Of a stretch of 64,000 nt of DNA, positions 9,960-19,323 are shown in pieces. Positions within the stretch are counted from its first letter, which is position 1, and every line of letters begins with the position of its first letter. Below the pieces are notes generated by a model. The model was given only the letters and a program-made list of their open reading frames with translations, was not told the DNA's origin and made no database searches. The translations under genes and the position numbers were made by a program. The stretch covers positions 32,001-96,000 of the forward strand of contig JBIPSI010000014.1 of NCBI GenBank assembly GCA_044070495.1. Direction: 5' to 3'. Origin of the DNA: Spirulina sp. (GTDB lineage: Bacteria > Cyanobacteriota > Cyanobacteriia > Phormidesmidales > Phormidesmidaceae).

Positions 9960-12737
9960 TCATGGGGCCGACCGCACCACCAGGCTACCCAGATCCACCA
10001 GGCCAGATTGGTCGGGCAGAATTTCAAACTCGATGGGGGCAGAGTCGCGCAGGCGAATTTCGTAGCGGCCTGGGCCAAGTCCGACTAGCGCAAACCGCCC
10101 TACTCGATTGGTAAAAAAGCCCTGGGCAGGCCAAGTCGCATCCGACAAAGAGACCACCTCACCGCCCTGAAGCCCCAGGGGTTCGCCGTTGCCATCCACC
10201 AGTACGCCTCGCACAAAGACCGTGGCGTCGGTGCCTGCCAAAATTAGCGTGCCGCTGCGATAGCTGGGCCACACCACCCATTCGCTGGGGCCAAGGTCGT
10301 AGCCGAGAGGCGCTTCTAGAGCTTCTAACCGCAGACGAGACACATAGTAGGGCTGGAGGTCGGGAATCACCGCTGGGCCAAAGGCATTCACCACCGCTCC
10401 ATAGCCACTACTGGAGGGGTTGACCCCAATTTGCTGCCCCCGCCAGCGGTCGCGAGGCACCACCAGGACAAAGCTATTGGTGACGGGACGAGACCAGCCA
10501 AAGCGGCCATCGGCAAACACGAGGGCGGTGCCAAAGGTGAGCCGGGTGGCGTGGGTGGTGGCGGTGGCATCTGAGGCATTGAAGGATCCATCCCAGGCTT
10601 GGCTGAGTTTGAAATCAAAACGATAGTCGGTGTAGCTCATTTCGCCCAAAACGCCGTGCTGATCACCATTCTGGTTGAGGTTCAGCGACCAGCCCGTGGC
10701 CATTAGGGGTTGATCGGGGCTGCGCCGCCACTGCAATTGATTCCCGGCGCGGCTGGTGTTGCTGAGGTTGGTATTCAGCGCCAGGGACTGCCGCCGTGCT
10801 GGCAATAGCCAAGACAGGCCCAAAAAGACCCGCACCTCCTCCTGGCTTTGGGTGGTGCGGCTATAGTTGGCGTTGAGGCTGCCGCTGAGACCGCTACTGA
10901 GGGTTTGGGAGAGGCCTAGGTTGAGGCTGTAGGTGTTGGGCACGGTGCGGCCAAAGCTGTAGCTGCCGCCCAGATTGAGGCGGGCACTGTCAAACAGGCG
11001 TTGGCTGTAGGCGGCGGATAGCTGCAACCAATCCTGGCTGGGGGTAAGGCTGGTGAGGGTAGTGAAGCGATCATCGCGATATTCCGCCGTTACCCGCAGC
11101 GACCGTTGGGCCAGGTCTTGGGCCTTGGTGGGTCGTTCATACTGCACCCGTGCGGCCATGCCCACCCCCACCTCTCCCCGATGGCTGAGGGCCACATCCC
11201 AGCCCCAGTTGCCCAGGGCCGAAGCCCAAATGCCGTCGGCCTCCACCATTTGAAACGAGGGCGTGGCCTGGAGGTAGCCGCCCAGGGTGAGGGTGCGAGT
11301 AGCTCCCCAGCGATGGGCTAGGGCCAGTTGGGGCTGGTTCCAATCGTATTGGCGCTGCCCTTGCACCGTGCCCGACGGAAAACCCAGATTGTAGGAAAAC
11401 TGCTGTAGACCAGGGGCCAGCAGGTTCCCGGCTAGGGCGGTGGTAAAGTCGAGCCGCTGCACTTGGCCCAGGTCGTCGGTAATGATTAGTTGAATATCGT
11501 TGGAACCCGTCGTTAGCACGAGGTTGCGGATATCCTGGGGGCCAGCCTGAAGCTGAAGCTGCTGCACCCGCACGCCATTGATGTAAATCTCTACCTGGGA
11601 GGGGCGTTCTAGGAAAAAGGTAAATTCCCCGGTGGGGCGGGTGATGCGGTAGGGCTGCAAGCTAAAGTTGCGCGACACCGAAATGCCCCCCAAGGGCACC
11701 AGCGATTGAAACGCCCCACTCACCGGAATGATGACATCCCCCGCGATGTAGCGCAGGGCATTGGCCGGATCATCCCGCACCAGCCGCACATCTCGCCGCT
11801 GAACACCGGGACTGCCCCCCTCCAGCACATCGGCCTGTCCCTCCAGCACCCAGCCCGCCACATTCAGCGCCCCATCCAAGGACAACCGGAGCGGTTGCCG
11901 TCCGGTTGGCTCCTGCCCCGCCCAGAGGATATCGTTACCACCCAAGACATTCACATAGCCGCTGATGGTGCTGATGGGCAGGGCATTGGCCGCCTCTGGG
12001 GGCACCCCCAGCGCATCCACCACATTGGTGCGCCGCAGGGCCGCAGGCACCGTCAGGTACAGCGCCAGTTGGCTTTGGTCGAAAATGGCAGTCAGGCCCA
12101 CCTGCTGAAGCAACCCCAGGCTCAAAAACCCCGCCTCGTCCACGCTGGCCTCTAACTGGGCTTGGAGGTCGGGCTGCAACAGGTCGCGGGTTTGATCCAG
12201 CACCGGAGCCGCCTGCACTAGGCTGGCCCGCCCGCCGGAAATCACTACAATGGCCTGCCCCCGCCGCTGATCGTTAATCCAAAAGGGCACCGGAATGCTC
12301 TGATCCCGTGGTCGAGGTCGCCCAAAGATCTGCTCGAATAATGCGTCATCCAACGCGGGATTCGGCTGGGTGCCCTCAGGGTTATCAGGACTGGCGGGAG
12401 CCTCTAAATCTTGGGTTTCAATGGTTTGGGTTTCAACGTTCTGGGCTTCAGGGGGCTGAGTTTCAGGGTTAGGGGGAGTTGCTGGGTCTGGGGAATTTTC
12501 TAATTCTGAAGGTTCTAATTCTGAAGGAGTTTGTGATTCTGGGGAAACCTGTGATAGTGGGGATTGGCCATCACCCCCAGCCCCTCTCCCCAAGGGAGAG
12601 GGGAGCCGGAAGGCGGTTACGTCAAAGTCCCTCTCCCTGTGGGAGAGAGATTTAGGGTGAGGGCTAGGAGTAGCGGCGGCTGGCCCTGGACAACCCAGCA
12701 CGAATACCATCGCCATTGCGACCCATCGGTAAGCCAT
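9960..12737 (-). CDS. Fimbrial outer-membrane usher protein
   Basis: Signal peptide, 925 aa, beta-barrel-like alternating pattern, LGGISVSRNF, PSQVEIYING, FGWSRPVTNSF, PSYRSG, FFTNRVGRF C-terminal domain; directly downstream of a chaperone gene. Confidence 0.88.
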   Translation of the reverse strand: MAYRWVAMAMVFVLGCPGPAAATPSPHPKSLSHRERDFDVTAFRLPSPLGRGAGGDGQSPLSQVSPESQTPSELEPSELENSPDPATPPNPETQPPEAQNVETQTIETQDLEAPASPDNPEGTQPNPALDDALFEQIFGRPRPRDQSIPVPFWINDQRRGQAIVVISGGRASLVQAAPVLDQTRDLLQPDLQAQLEASVDEAGFLSLGLLQQVGLTAIFDQSQLALYLTVPAALRRTNVVDALGVPPEAANALPISTISGYVNVLGGNDILWAGQEPTGRQPLRLSLDGALNVAGWVLEGQADVLEGGSPGVQRRDVRLVRDDPANALRYIAGDVIIPVSGAFQSLVPLGGISVSRNFSLQPYRITRPTGEFTFFLERPSQVEIYINGVRVQQLQLQAGPQDIRNLVLTTGSNDIQLIITDDLGQVQRLDFTTALAGNLLAPGLQQFSYNLGFPSGTVQGQRQYDWNQPQLALAHRWGATRTLTLGGYLQATPSFQMVEADGIWASALGNWGWDVALSHRGEVGVGMAARVQYERPTKAQDLAQRSLRVTAEYRDDRFTTLTSLTPSQDWLQLSAAYSQRLFDSARLNLGGSYSFGRTVPNTYSLNLGLSQTLSSGLSGSLNANYSRTTQSQEEVRVFLGLSWLLPARRQSLALNTNLSNTSRAGNQLQWRRSPDQPLMATGWSLNLNQNGDQHGVLGEMSYTDYRFDFKLSQAWDGSFNASDATATTHATRLTFGTALVFADGRFGWSRPVTNSFVLVVPRDRWRGQQIGVNPSSSGYGAVVNAFGPAVIPDLQPYYVSRLRLEALEAPLGYDLGPSEWVVWPSYRSGTLILAGTDATVFVRGVLVDGNGEPLGLQGGEVVSLSDATWPAQGFFTNRVGRFALVGLGPGRYEIRLRDSAPIEFEILPDQSGLVDLGSLVVRSAP
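12567..12664. repeat. Palindromic repeat element inserted in frame within the usher gene
   Basis: GCCATCACCCCCAGCCCCTCTCCC...GGGAGAGAGATTTAGGGTGAGGGC; same family as the intergenic copy at 22711-22798. Confidence 0.8.
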
Positions 12738-12832
12738 GACTTAACCAAAGTCTGGGAATCTCGCCCCAGGCAGGAAAACTGAGCTAATTATGGCAAGAAG
12801 TCCCAAGACTTCAGCCAATGCCTGGGGTCAAC

Positions 12833-13621
12833 TTAACGGAGTTCAAAGCTGGCGGTGACGGGGCCAATGGGCAAGCCTTCCGGCCAGGGCATCACAAACT
12901 GGCGTTGGTGTTGGGCTAGCACGTTTTCGCCGTTAATCCCGGTGAGTTGGTCGGGTCGCAGGATGAGGCTGGCCCCAGGCTGGTTCACGGGCGCTAGGGT
13001 GAGGGTAAGCCCCGACAGCAGTTGGTGGGCGGTGCCTTGGTTGTCAAACTCCAGCAGCAGCTTATCCTGACCGTCGATGCGCTGGTGGCTGGCTTGGCGA
13101 ATCACCACGTTCGGTTGTGCCCCTGGGGGCGTCACATACAGCGCCGCCACATAGCGATAGAGGGCATTGATGCGAACGGTAACGCCAGTAGGGGGTGCCT
13201 CTGGCCCACCAAGGTTGATGGGCAGTTGTTCGGTAATCAGCCGAAAAGCTTGCTCCACCTCCACATTGGGTTCCCCTAGCCAAGTCACGCGCACGGTTTG
13301 CACCTGGCCGGGTTGCAACAAAATCTGCGGCGGATACACCACAAAATCATCCTCGGCATCGTTCTGGGTTTCGTTGCCCAAGGGATCCATCTGGCGATCC
13401 GTCACCCGCACCTCAATGGCCACGGGTTCATCCCCGGTGCTGCGTACCTGAAACGACCCCGCCGCCCCACTCCCCCCGGCCTGTAGCACCAGGCGAGAAG
13501 GGGTGAGCTGGTAGCTGGCATCCGCCCAGGCCGGAGCCGCCATCAACACCCCAGCCCCCACCAACACCGAGGCAACACCGCCCACACAGGATAGGCCAAC
13601 ATAGGGTAGGGATTTCATCAC
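12833..13621 (-). CDS. Periplasmic pilus chaperone (PapD-like)
   Basis: Signal peptide; LTPSRL, FVVYPPQILLQPGQVQTVRV, EQAFRLITEQLP, NQGTAH, NVLAQHQRQF. Confidence 0.9.
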   Translation of the reverse strand: MMKSLPYVGLSCVGGVASVLVGAGVLMAAPAWADASYQLTPSRLVLQAGGSGAAGSFQVRSTGDEPVAIEVRVTDRQMDPLGNETQNDAEDDFVVYPPQILLQPGQVQTVRVTWLGEPNVEVEQAFRLITEQLPINLGGPEAPPTGVTVRINALYRYVAALYVTPPGAQPNVVIRQASHQRIDGQDKLLLEFDNQGTAHQLLSGLTLTLAPVNQPGASLILRPDQLTGINGENVLAQHQRQFVMPWPEGLPIGPVTASFELR

Positions 13622-13703
13622 AGCCTCCCGGCATTTACCAAAACAATCGAATGAGCCAACAAAGATAAGTCGTCAACCAAGCCCTCGCGGCCCTCACCCC
13701 GTT

Positions 13704-13802
13704 GAGATCCCCCTAAATCCCCCTTAAAAAGGGGGACTTTGATTCCAAAAAGGGAGACTTTGATTCCGGTTCCCCCCTTCCCAAGGGGGGCTAGGGGGGA
13801 TC
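13704..13802. repeat. Cyanobacterial GATCCCCC..GGGGGATC palindromic repeat
   Basis: gatccccctaaatccccttaaaaaggggg...ccccccttcccaaggggggctaggggggatc; related to the hairpin inside the MITE at 5699-5848. Confidence 0.75.
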
Positions 13803-13859
13803 CACACCTAGAAACGAAGCAGAACAGAGACTTCGCTGCACCCAACCTACGGGGATACA

Positions 13860-14354
13860 TCACTGCTCTACCAAAGTAAAAGTCAGGGTGTCTGTGTAGG
13901 ATCCGGAGGGTTTTCCTTGCACATCGCCCGCCATCATCGTAGCCCGCACCGGAAACGTGCAACCCGTTGGCGCGGCACAGGTGAGGCCCGTGGTGGTCAT
14001 CACCGTGACCTCGTTGCCCCCAGCCAAACTGCCCACCTGAAGGCCATCCACCGCTAGGCTGTAGGGCACCGTTGCCGTGTGGGTTTCATGCTTGATCACC
14101 CCGCCCCGCAACGACCGCACCCGCAACACCCAGCCCGTAGCGCTATCCGACTGCACATGAACCACGCCAAAATCTTGATTGGGGTTGCCGCTGGTGAGGC
14201 TGAGGGTAAAGGAAGAGGCTGGGGTAAAGTCCACCGTAGGTTCTAGGGCCACCGCCACCGCTGGCGATAACACACCCAACCCCAAACATCCTAGGGCCAA
14301 TAACCCCTTAGAAATGCCCCACCGATGGCCCAAAAATAACCCATAACCCACCAT
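13860..14354 (-). CDS. Minor pilin / fimbrial subunit (spore-coat-U/Csu-like)
   Basis: Signal peptide; GWVLRVRSLRGG; C-terminal SGSYTDTLTFTL strand; paralogous to the upstream pilin; CxxxxxC pair. Confidence 0.75.
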   Translation of the reverse strand: MVGYGLFLGHRWGISKGLLALGCLGLGVLSPAVAVALEPTVDFTPASSFTLSLTSGNPNQDFGVVHVQSDSATGWVLRVRSLRGGVIKHETHTATVPYSLAVDGLQVGSLAGGNEVTVMTTTGLTCAAPTGCTFPVRATMMAGDVQGKPSGSYTDTLTFTLVEQ

Positions 14355-14459
14355 AACCTACCTCCTTCTCAGCGCCATCGTGCGGAGATGGATTATCTCC
14401 GCACTAGGCATTAGTTAGCTAGGACAACCTCTGGTCATTTGCTCCAAATCTCTAGCTAT

Positions 14460-14981
14460 TTAGAGTTTAGAGGTCAGGGTAAAGGTGAGGGTATCGGTAT
14501 AAACGCCAACCGGAACAAATTGGTCAGCCGCCATAGTGGCCGTTACCGCTCGGGTAATTTCCCCAGCTACTTCTGTGCTGTATGGTGCAGTGGCGAGCAG
14601 CTCATCAGTTGCTGCCGTAGCGAGGTCAACCGGGGTAATAGTTGCCCCTGCGATAGCGGCCACAGTGAGATCAGTATAGGTAATGCTTTGAGCACCATTC
14701 ACTAATTTACCGCCATTCAGAGACTGTACTTCAAGATCCCACCCAGCCGCCGCATTATTTTGAATCGTGAGATTGCCCATCGGATAACTAGCTACGGCAG
14801 CACCAGAGGTAATTTCGGTTAATGTCGCTGGAGCGAAGGTAATGGTGTTAACCTCCTGAACCTCACCGGATACTTCGCCATTATCTGAGACTTGAGCAAA
14901 AGCAGCAGGGCCAACCAGAAGAGAAGCGCTAACTAACAGAGTAGAAGCGATTAGGGTATTGCGAGAGAATGTAGACAACAT
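14460..14981 (-). CDS. Major pilin / fimbrial subunit (Csu/CccS-like)
   Basis: Signal peptide ending AFA-Q; GWDLEVQSLNGG; C-terminal GVYTDTLTFTL; AGGAGA RBS; first gene of the operon. Confidence 0.8.
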   Translation of the reverse strand: MLSTFSRNTLIASTLLVSASLLVGPAAFAQVSDNGEVSGEVQEVNTITFAPATLTEITSGAAVASYPMGNLTIQNNAAAGWDLEVQSLNGGKLVNGAQSITYTDLTVAAIAGATITPVDLATAATDELLATAPYSTEVAGEITRAVTATMAADQFVPVGVYTDTLTFTLTSKL

Positions 14982-15416
14982 GGTGTGTCTCCTAAAAGGT
15001 GATGAAGTGAACTAGGGACGGAAATATCAGAAATTCTGGGAGACTAAGCCTTGCGGCTTAGGGCGTATCCAGAGGGTAGAGGGGTATCGTTTTAGCGTCT
15101 TTGGGCGATGTGGTGAAGGCCATTGAAGCTATTTTTGATGAGGGCTTGGCGGATTAGATACGCTCCGTTTTTGTGATCAAGCTCTTTGTGATATCAACTG
15201 CGATACCTTTTTTCTGATGTTTTTACTTTAGAAGCTTTGACCTGTATGAACCATGTTGTGATTACTTATTTTTAATATTTTTGTTTTTCAAGCCTATATG
15301 TTTCCATCGGTTTTCACGGTTATTATTAGATCAGGATTCTTTTAACAAAGATTAATATTTTGATATTATTGAATCTGTATTAAGGCTTTATGAATAAATT
15401 TACAAAAGCAAAAAAC

Positions 15417-15453
15417 TATCCCTTTTTAGTAGGGAATATCCCCTTTTAGTAGG
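15417..15453. promoter_or_regulatory. Tandem 17-bp direct repeat (20-bp period) in the AT-rich region upstream of the pilus operon; candidate response-regulator site
   Basis: TATCCCTTTTTAGTAGG / TATCCCCTTTTAGTAGG; junction forms the near-palindrome AGGGAATATCCCCT. Confidence 0.45.
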
Positions 15454-15628
15454 AGGTATAGAGAACCCATGGATGATAGTTATTGTCTGGAGAATACAGC
15501 GCTGTCCGACCTGCTTAGGTCAGGTCTTGGGCTTTCTCTGAGGCTTGTGGGATCTTTTTATTGTAGGTTTTTTACAGAAAAGAGCATCGATTTATAAGGA
15601 ATTCATGGTTGTGATTAAGAGGATTTAC

Positions 15629-16093
15629 TTAATCCATGGGATCAGGTTCTAAGTCAACGAATTCATCGCTCTTGATCATGTGCGGGAAGCTTTCGTCTTG
15701 ACGCTGAATATACTGAATCATGCTGATATCGTAGGTTCGATGGTGTACGCTGATGCAATGGGCAATCCCATGCACCATTTCGGTGGTCACCTCCAGATCA
15801 TGGGACTCTGCCCTGAGGCGTAGATTAAAAATTTTCGACAGAATAACCTCATGATTGTCGGTATGGGAGCGAAGCTCTGGATACTCGTATTGGCGCATCA
15901 GCAATTCTTCGATTTCTGAATGATCGAGTACGCACACAAATAGGGCATCTAGGGTAGATTGAATCGCGGTGCCAGACTCGTTGAGCATGATGTCTTGATA
16001 GAGCCTCCTGAGGAGGGTGAGGATTTCCTCGTGTTTGCTGTCAATTTGCGGGTGGTGAGTCTTAACGTCATCACGCCAGTATGCCAAAGCCAT
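15629..16093 (-). CDS. Bacteriohemerythrin (di-iron O2-binding protein)
   Basis: W-x5-H-x2-IDSKH, HSEIE (HxxxE), YPELRSHTDNH (HxxxH), HHRTYD (HxxxxD): full di-iron ligand set; ATG at 16093. Confidence 0.88.
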   Translation of the reverse strand: MALAYWRDDVKTHHPQIDSKHEEILTLLRRLYQDIMLNESGTAIQSTLDALFVCVLDHSEIEELLMRQYEYPELRSHTDNHEVILSKIFNLRLRAESHDLEVTTEMVHGIAHCISVHHRTYDISMIQYIQRQDESFPHMIKSDEFVDLEPDPMD

Positions 16094-16422
16094 GGTCTCA
16101 GCCTGGAGAATGCTTACCTCCAACGTAGCGGTGGGATAGGCTGGCAACCATCAGGGATTGGCTGAGTTTTGTGGGGAGGGAACCTGAGATAGGGAGTCAC
16201 GGTTCTGAGCCGACTCAACGGTGCAGCGGCAGGAGCTATGGATATTACGGTTGTTGAAGAATTGGTGGGTTGCTCTGTAATCTAGGCACTCTAAACCTAG
16301 GGTTGTCCTAGGCCCAAAGACCATAGATCGTAGCTAGAAGCCAGCGGTTTGGGGCTGGACTAGGGCGGCGGCGGGCAGGGTGCAGACCATCGTTAGAACA
16401 ACATAGGGAAAAGGGTAGGCAT

Positions 16423-18540
16423 GTGGCCATGACCCCCAACAAACGTTCGGTATCAGATTTAGGACAACAGGCCCTTGAGATCGGGGCAACGCCCTTGGAC
16501 AGTGGGGCTAAGGAAGCCTTGCAAGAGGAGGCCATGCTGCGGCTCTTTTTTGACCTTCCCTTCCTGGGCATGGTGATTTACGACCCCCACCAGCAAACCT
16601 GGGTGCGGTTTAACGAGCGCTTTTGCACCATGCTGGGCTATACCACCACCGAAATGCTGGGTTTGTCTTGGCGGCAGGTGACCCATCCCCACGATGTGCA
16701 AACGGGGGTGACAAAAATTCAGCAGGTGCTGGCGGGGGAAACCGAGGGCTATACCCGCGAGAAACGGTTTTTGCACAAGGATGGGTTCTTCGTCTATGCC
16801 CTGGTGGATGTGAAGGGCATTCGAGATTCGGAGAACCGAGTGCAGTATTTGATGGTTACGGTGCAAGACATCACGCCCTATCGGCAGGTGATCAAGGACT
16901 TGCGCCACAGTGAAGAACGCTTTCGGGCCACCTTTGAGCAGGCGGCGGTGGGCATTGCCCATGTGGCCCCCGATGGAACGTGGCTGTGGGTGAACCAAAC
17001 CCTGTGCGACCTGGTGGGCTATAGCCGCGAGGAGTTGCAACGGCTCACCTTCCAAGACATTACCCACCCTGAGGATCTAGACACCGACTTAGCCTACGTG
17101 CAGGAGATGCTGAACCGACAGCGCACCTCCTACACCATGGAAAAGCGCTACATTCGCAAGGATGGCCGCATTGTTTGGATTAACCTGACGGTGTCCCTAG
17201 TGTGGAACAACCAGAACCAGCCCGACTATTTTATTTCGGTGATTCAGGATATTTCCCAGGCCAAGCAAAATCAGGAAACTCTGCGCCACTATACCCAGCG
17301 CCTCCAGGGGCTACACACCATGGATCGGGCGATTTTGTCGAAGTTTCGGCCTCCCGCCATGGCCCAGGCGGCCCTCACCCTGCTGCATCAACTGCTGGGC
17401 TGCGAGCGGAGCCTAGTGGCGCTGTTCCACCCCCAATCCGCCCAGGCCGAAGTGGTGGCCGACACCGCCGATGCTGATCATCGCCCCGCCGAAACCCGCT
17501 GGCCCCTGGAGGATTTTGTCTACGGCCAGGGTTTCGATCAGCCCTGCTGGCGCATCGATGACCTCACCACCCTCGAGTCACCCGTTCCCCTGCTACAAGG
17601 GCTACATGGCTGCCATCAGCGGTCGGTATTAACGGTGCCGCTGCGGGTGGATAACCGGGTGATTGGCGAAATTACGCTGTCAGACCCCCAGGTGGCCTAC
17701 TTCCAGGCCGACCACGAAGCCATGGCCCAGGAAACCGCCAACCACCTGGCCATTGCCCTGCAAAACGCCTGTCTATTCGAGCAGGTGCAGGCCGACCGTC
17801 AGCGGTTGCAAGAGTTATCCACTCAGCTTTTGGATGCCCAGGAGTCGGAACGCCGCTGGCTGGCCCAAGAACTCCACGACGAAGTGGGTCAAGCCCTCAC
17901 CGCCGTTAAGCTCAACCTCCAGCGGTTGCAACGGTTAATGGCTTCTGATTCTGACTCGGCCCAGGCCATCCTAGAGGACGGGCTACACCTGGCCGATGGA
18001 GCCTTGCAGCAGGTGCGAAACCTCTCCCTCGATCTGCGCCCTTCCCTGCTGGACGATCTGGGCTTGGTGCCTGCCCTACGCTGGTATGTGAGCCGCCACG
18101 CCGACCGCACGGGGTTGGCCGAAACCCTGATCTGCGATCTCCAGATGCCGCCGCTACCCGCCGCCACCGAAACCGCCTGTTTCCGAATTGTCCAGGAAGC
18201 CCTGACCAACATTGCCCGCCACGCCCAGGCCCGCCAAGCGACCGTGCGGTTAGCGAGATCGGATCAATATCTGCGTCTTACCATTCAAGATGACGGGGTA
18301 GGTTTTGATTCACAGGCGGCGAACCACCGCCAAGGCGGCACCAGCCTCGGTCTGTTGGGCATGGCAGAACGGGCACAACACATTGGGGGACAATTAAGCA
18401 TCACCGCACGCCCCGGACAGGGCACCACGGTAGAACTCCAGGCTCCCCTAGTGGAGGGAGACCGCCTTTCCCCAGAAACCTGTTGCGCGATTTTCTCTCA
18501 GGACAGCCATGGCCCCCATTACCCTGATCATTGCCGATAA
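16423..18540 (+). CDS. Soluble PAS-PAS-GAF histidine kinase (HisKA_3, NarX/UhpB class)
   Basis: Two PAS/PAC repeats (THPxD, EKRF/YxxKDG), GAF, ELHDEVGQ H-box, LRPSLLDDLGL, FRIVQEALTN, DDGVGF, GLLGMAER. Confidence 0.93.
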   Translation: MAMTPNKRSVSDLGQQALEIGATPLDSGAKEALQEEAMLRLFFDLPFLGMVIYDPHQQTWVRFNERFCTMLGYTTTEMLGLSWRQVTHPHDVQTGVTKIQQVLAGETEGYTREKRFLHKDGFFVYALVDVKGIRDSENRVQYLMVTVQDITPYRQVIKDLRHSEERFRATFEQAAVGIAHVAPDGTWLWVNQTLCDLVGYSREELQRLTFQDITHPEDLDTDLAYVQEMLNRQRTSYTMEKRYIRKDGRIVWINLTVSLVWNNQNQPDYFISVIQDISQAKQNQETLRHYTQRLQGLHTMDRAILSKFRPPAMAQAALTLLHQLLGCERSLVALFHPQSAQAEVVADTADADHRPAETRWPLEDFVYGQGFDQPCWRIDDLTTLESPVPLLQGLHGCHQRSVLTVPLRVDNRVIGEITLSDPQVAYFQADHEAMAQETANHLAIALQNACLFEQVQADRQRLQELSTQLLDAQESERRWLAQELHDEVGQALTAVKLNLQRLQRLMASDSDSAQAILEDGLHLADGALQQVRNLSLDLRPSLLDDLGLVPALRWYVSRHADRTGLAETLICDLQMPPLPAATETACFRIVQEALTNIARHAQARQATVRLARSDQYLRLTIQDDGVGFDSQAANHRQGGTSLGLLGMAERAQHIGGQLSITARPGQGTTVELQAPLVEGDRLSPETCCAIFSQDSHGPHYPDHCR

Positions 18541-19159
18541 TCACACCCTGGTTCGGGCCGGATTTCGGGCCTTGGCGGAGGAATTGCCCGGAGTGGAGGT
18601 GGTAGGCGAGGCCAACAATGGCCGCGAAGCCCTCGCCCTGGTGGAATCCCTCAAGCCGCAACTGGTGCTGATGGATATTGCCATGCCCGAAATGAATGGC
18701 CTAGAGGCCACCGCCCGCATCAGCCACGATTTTCCCCAGGTGCGGGTGCTGATTATTTCCATGCACGCCAACGAAGAATACGTCTACCAAGCCCTGCGTT
18801 CGGGGGCGGCGGGCTACCTGCTTAAAGACAGCGGCCTAGAGGAACTTGATCTGGCCGTTCGCGCCCTTGCCAAGGGCGAAACCTACCTCAGCCCCGCTGT
18901 TTCCAAATACGTGGTGAACGACTACGTGCGTCGCCTAGAGTCTGAAGACACCCCCCTCGACCACATCACCCCCCGTCAACGGGAAATTTTGCAGCTCATT
19001 GTGGAGGGCAAAAGCACCAAGGACATTGCCGATATCCTCTACATCAGCGCCAAAACCGTGGAAACCCACCGCGCCCAACTGATGGATCGCCTCGACATCC
19101 ACGACATCGCCGGACTGGTGCGCTACGCCATCCGCACCGGGCTAGTGGTGCTGGAGTAG
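18509..19159 (+). CDS. NarL/LuxR family response regulator
   Basis: LVLMDIAMPEMNG phosphoacceptor, GYLLK, TPRQREILQL...SAKTVETHR HTH; overlaps the kinase 3' end. Confidence 0.95.
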   Translation: MAPITLIIADNHTLVRAGFRALAEELPGVEVVGEANNGREALALVESLKPQLVLMDIAMPEMNGLEATARISHDFPQVRVLIISMHANEEYVYQALRSGAAGYLLKDSGLEELDLAVRALAKGETYLSPAVSKYVVNDYVRRLESEDTPLDHITPRQREILQLIVEGKSTKDIADILYISAKTVETHRAQLMDRLDIHDIAGLVRYAIRTGLVVLE

Positions 19160-19179
19160 GTTTCCCAGATTCACACAAT

Positions 19180-19216
19180 TCAGGGATTTAACCCTCAAAA
19201 CTCAGGATCTTGCTGA
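19180..19216 (+). promoter_or_regulatory. Paired imperfect palindromes, candidate NarL-type operator
   Basis: TCAGGGATTTAACCCTCA (19180-19197) and TCAGGATCTTGCTGA (19202-19216), 22 bp apart, right after the regulator gene. Confidence 0.4.
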
Positions 19217-19323
19217 TGCTCTCCTATCCCCTGTGGCGTTAGGTTGAGGATAGCCCTGGTAGGGACTCGCCATCATCCCAGATTGCCCCCTACCTCTGGA
19301 CTCGCAGGCTAGGAGGACACCCT

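Noticed and set aside
13618..13962. 114-aa minus-strand ORF between pilin and chaperone
   Set aside because: Mostly translation of the palindromic repeat and a REP fragment, and it overlaps the pilin gene
14982..15628. CRP (TGTGA-N6-TCACA) site expected by analogy with Synechocystis cccSP
   Set aside because: Several TGTGA half-sites are present but none has a properly spaced TCACA partner
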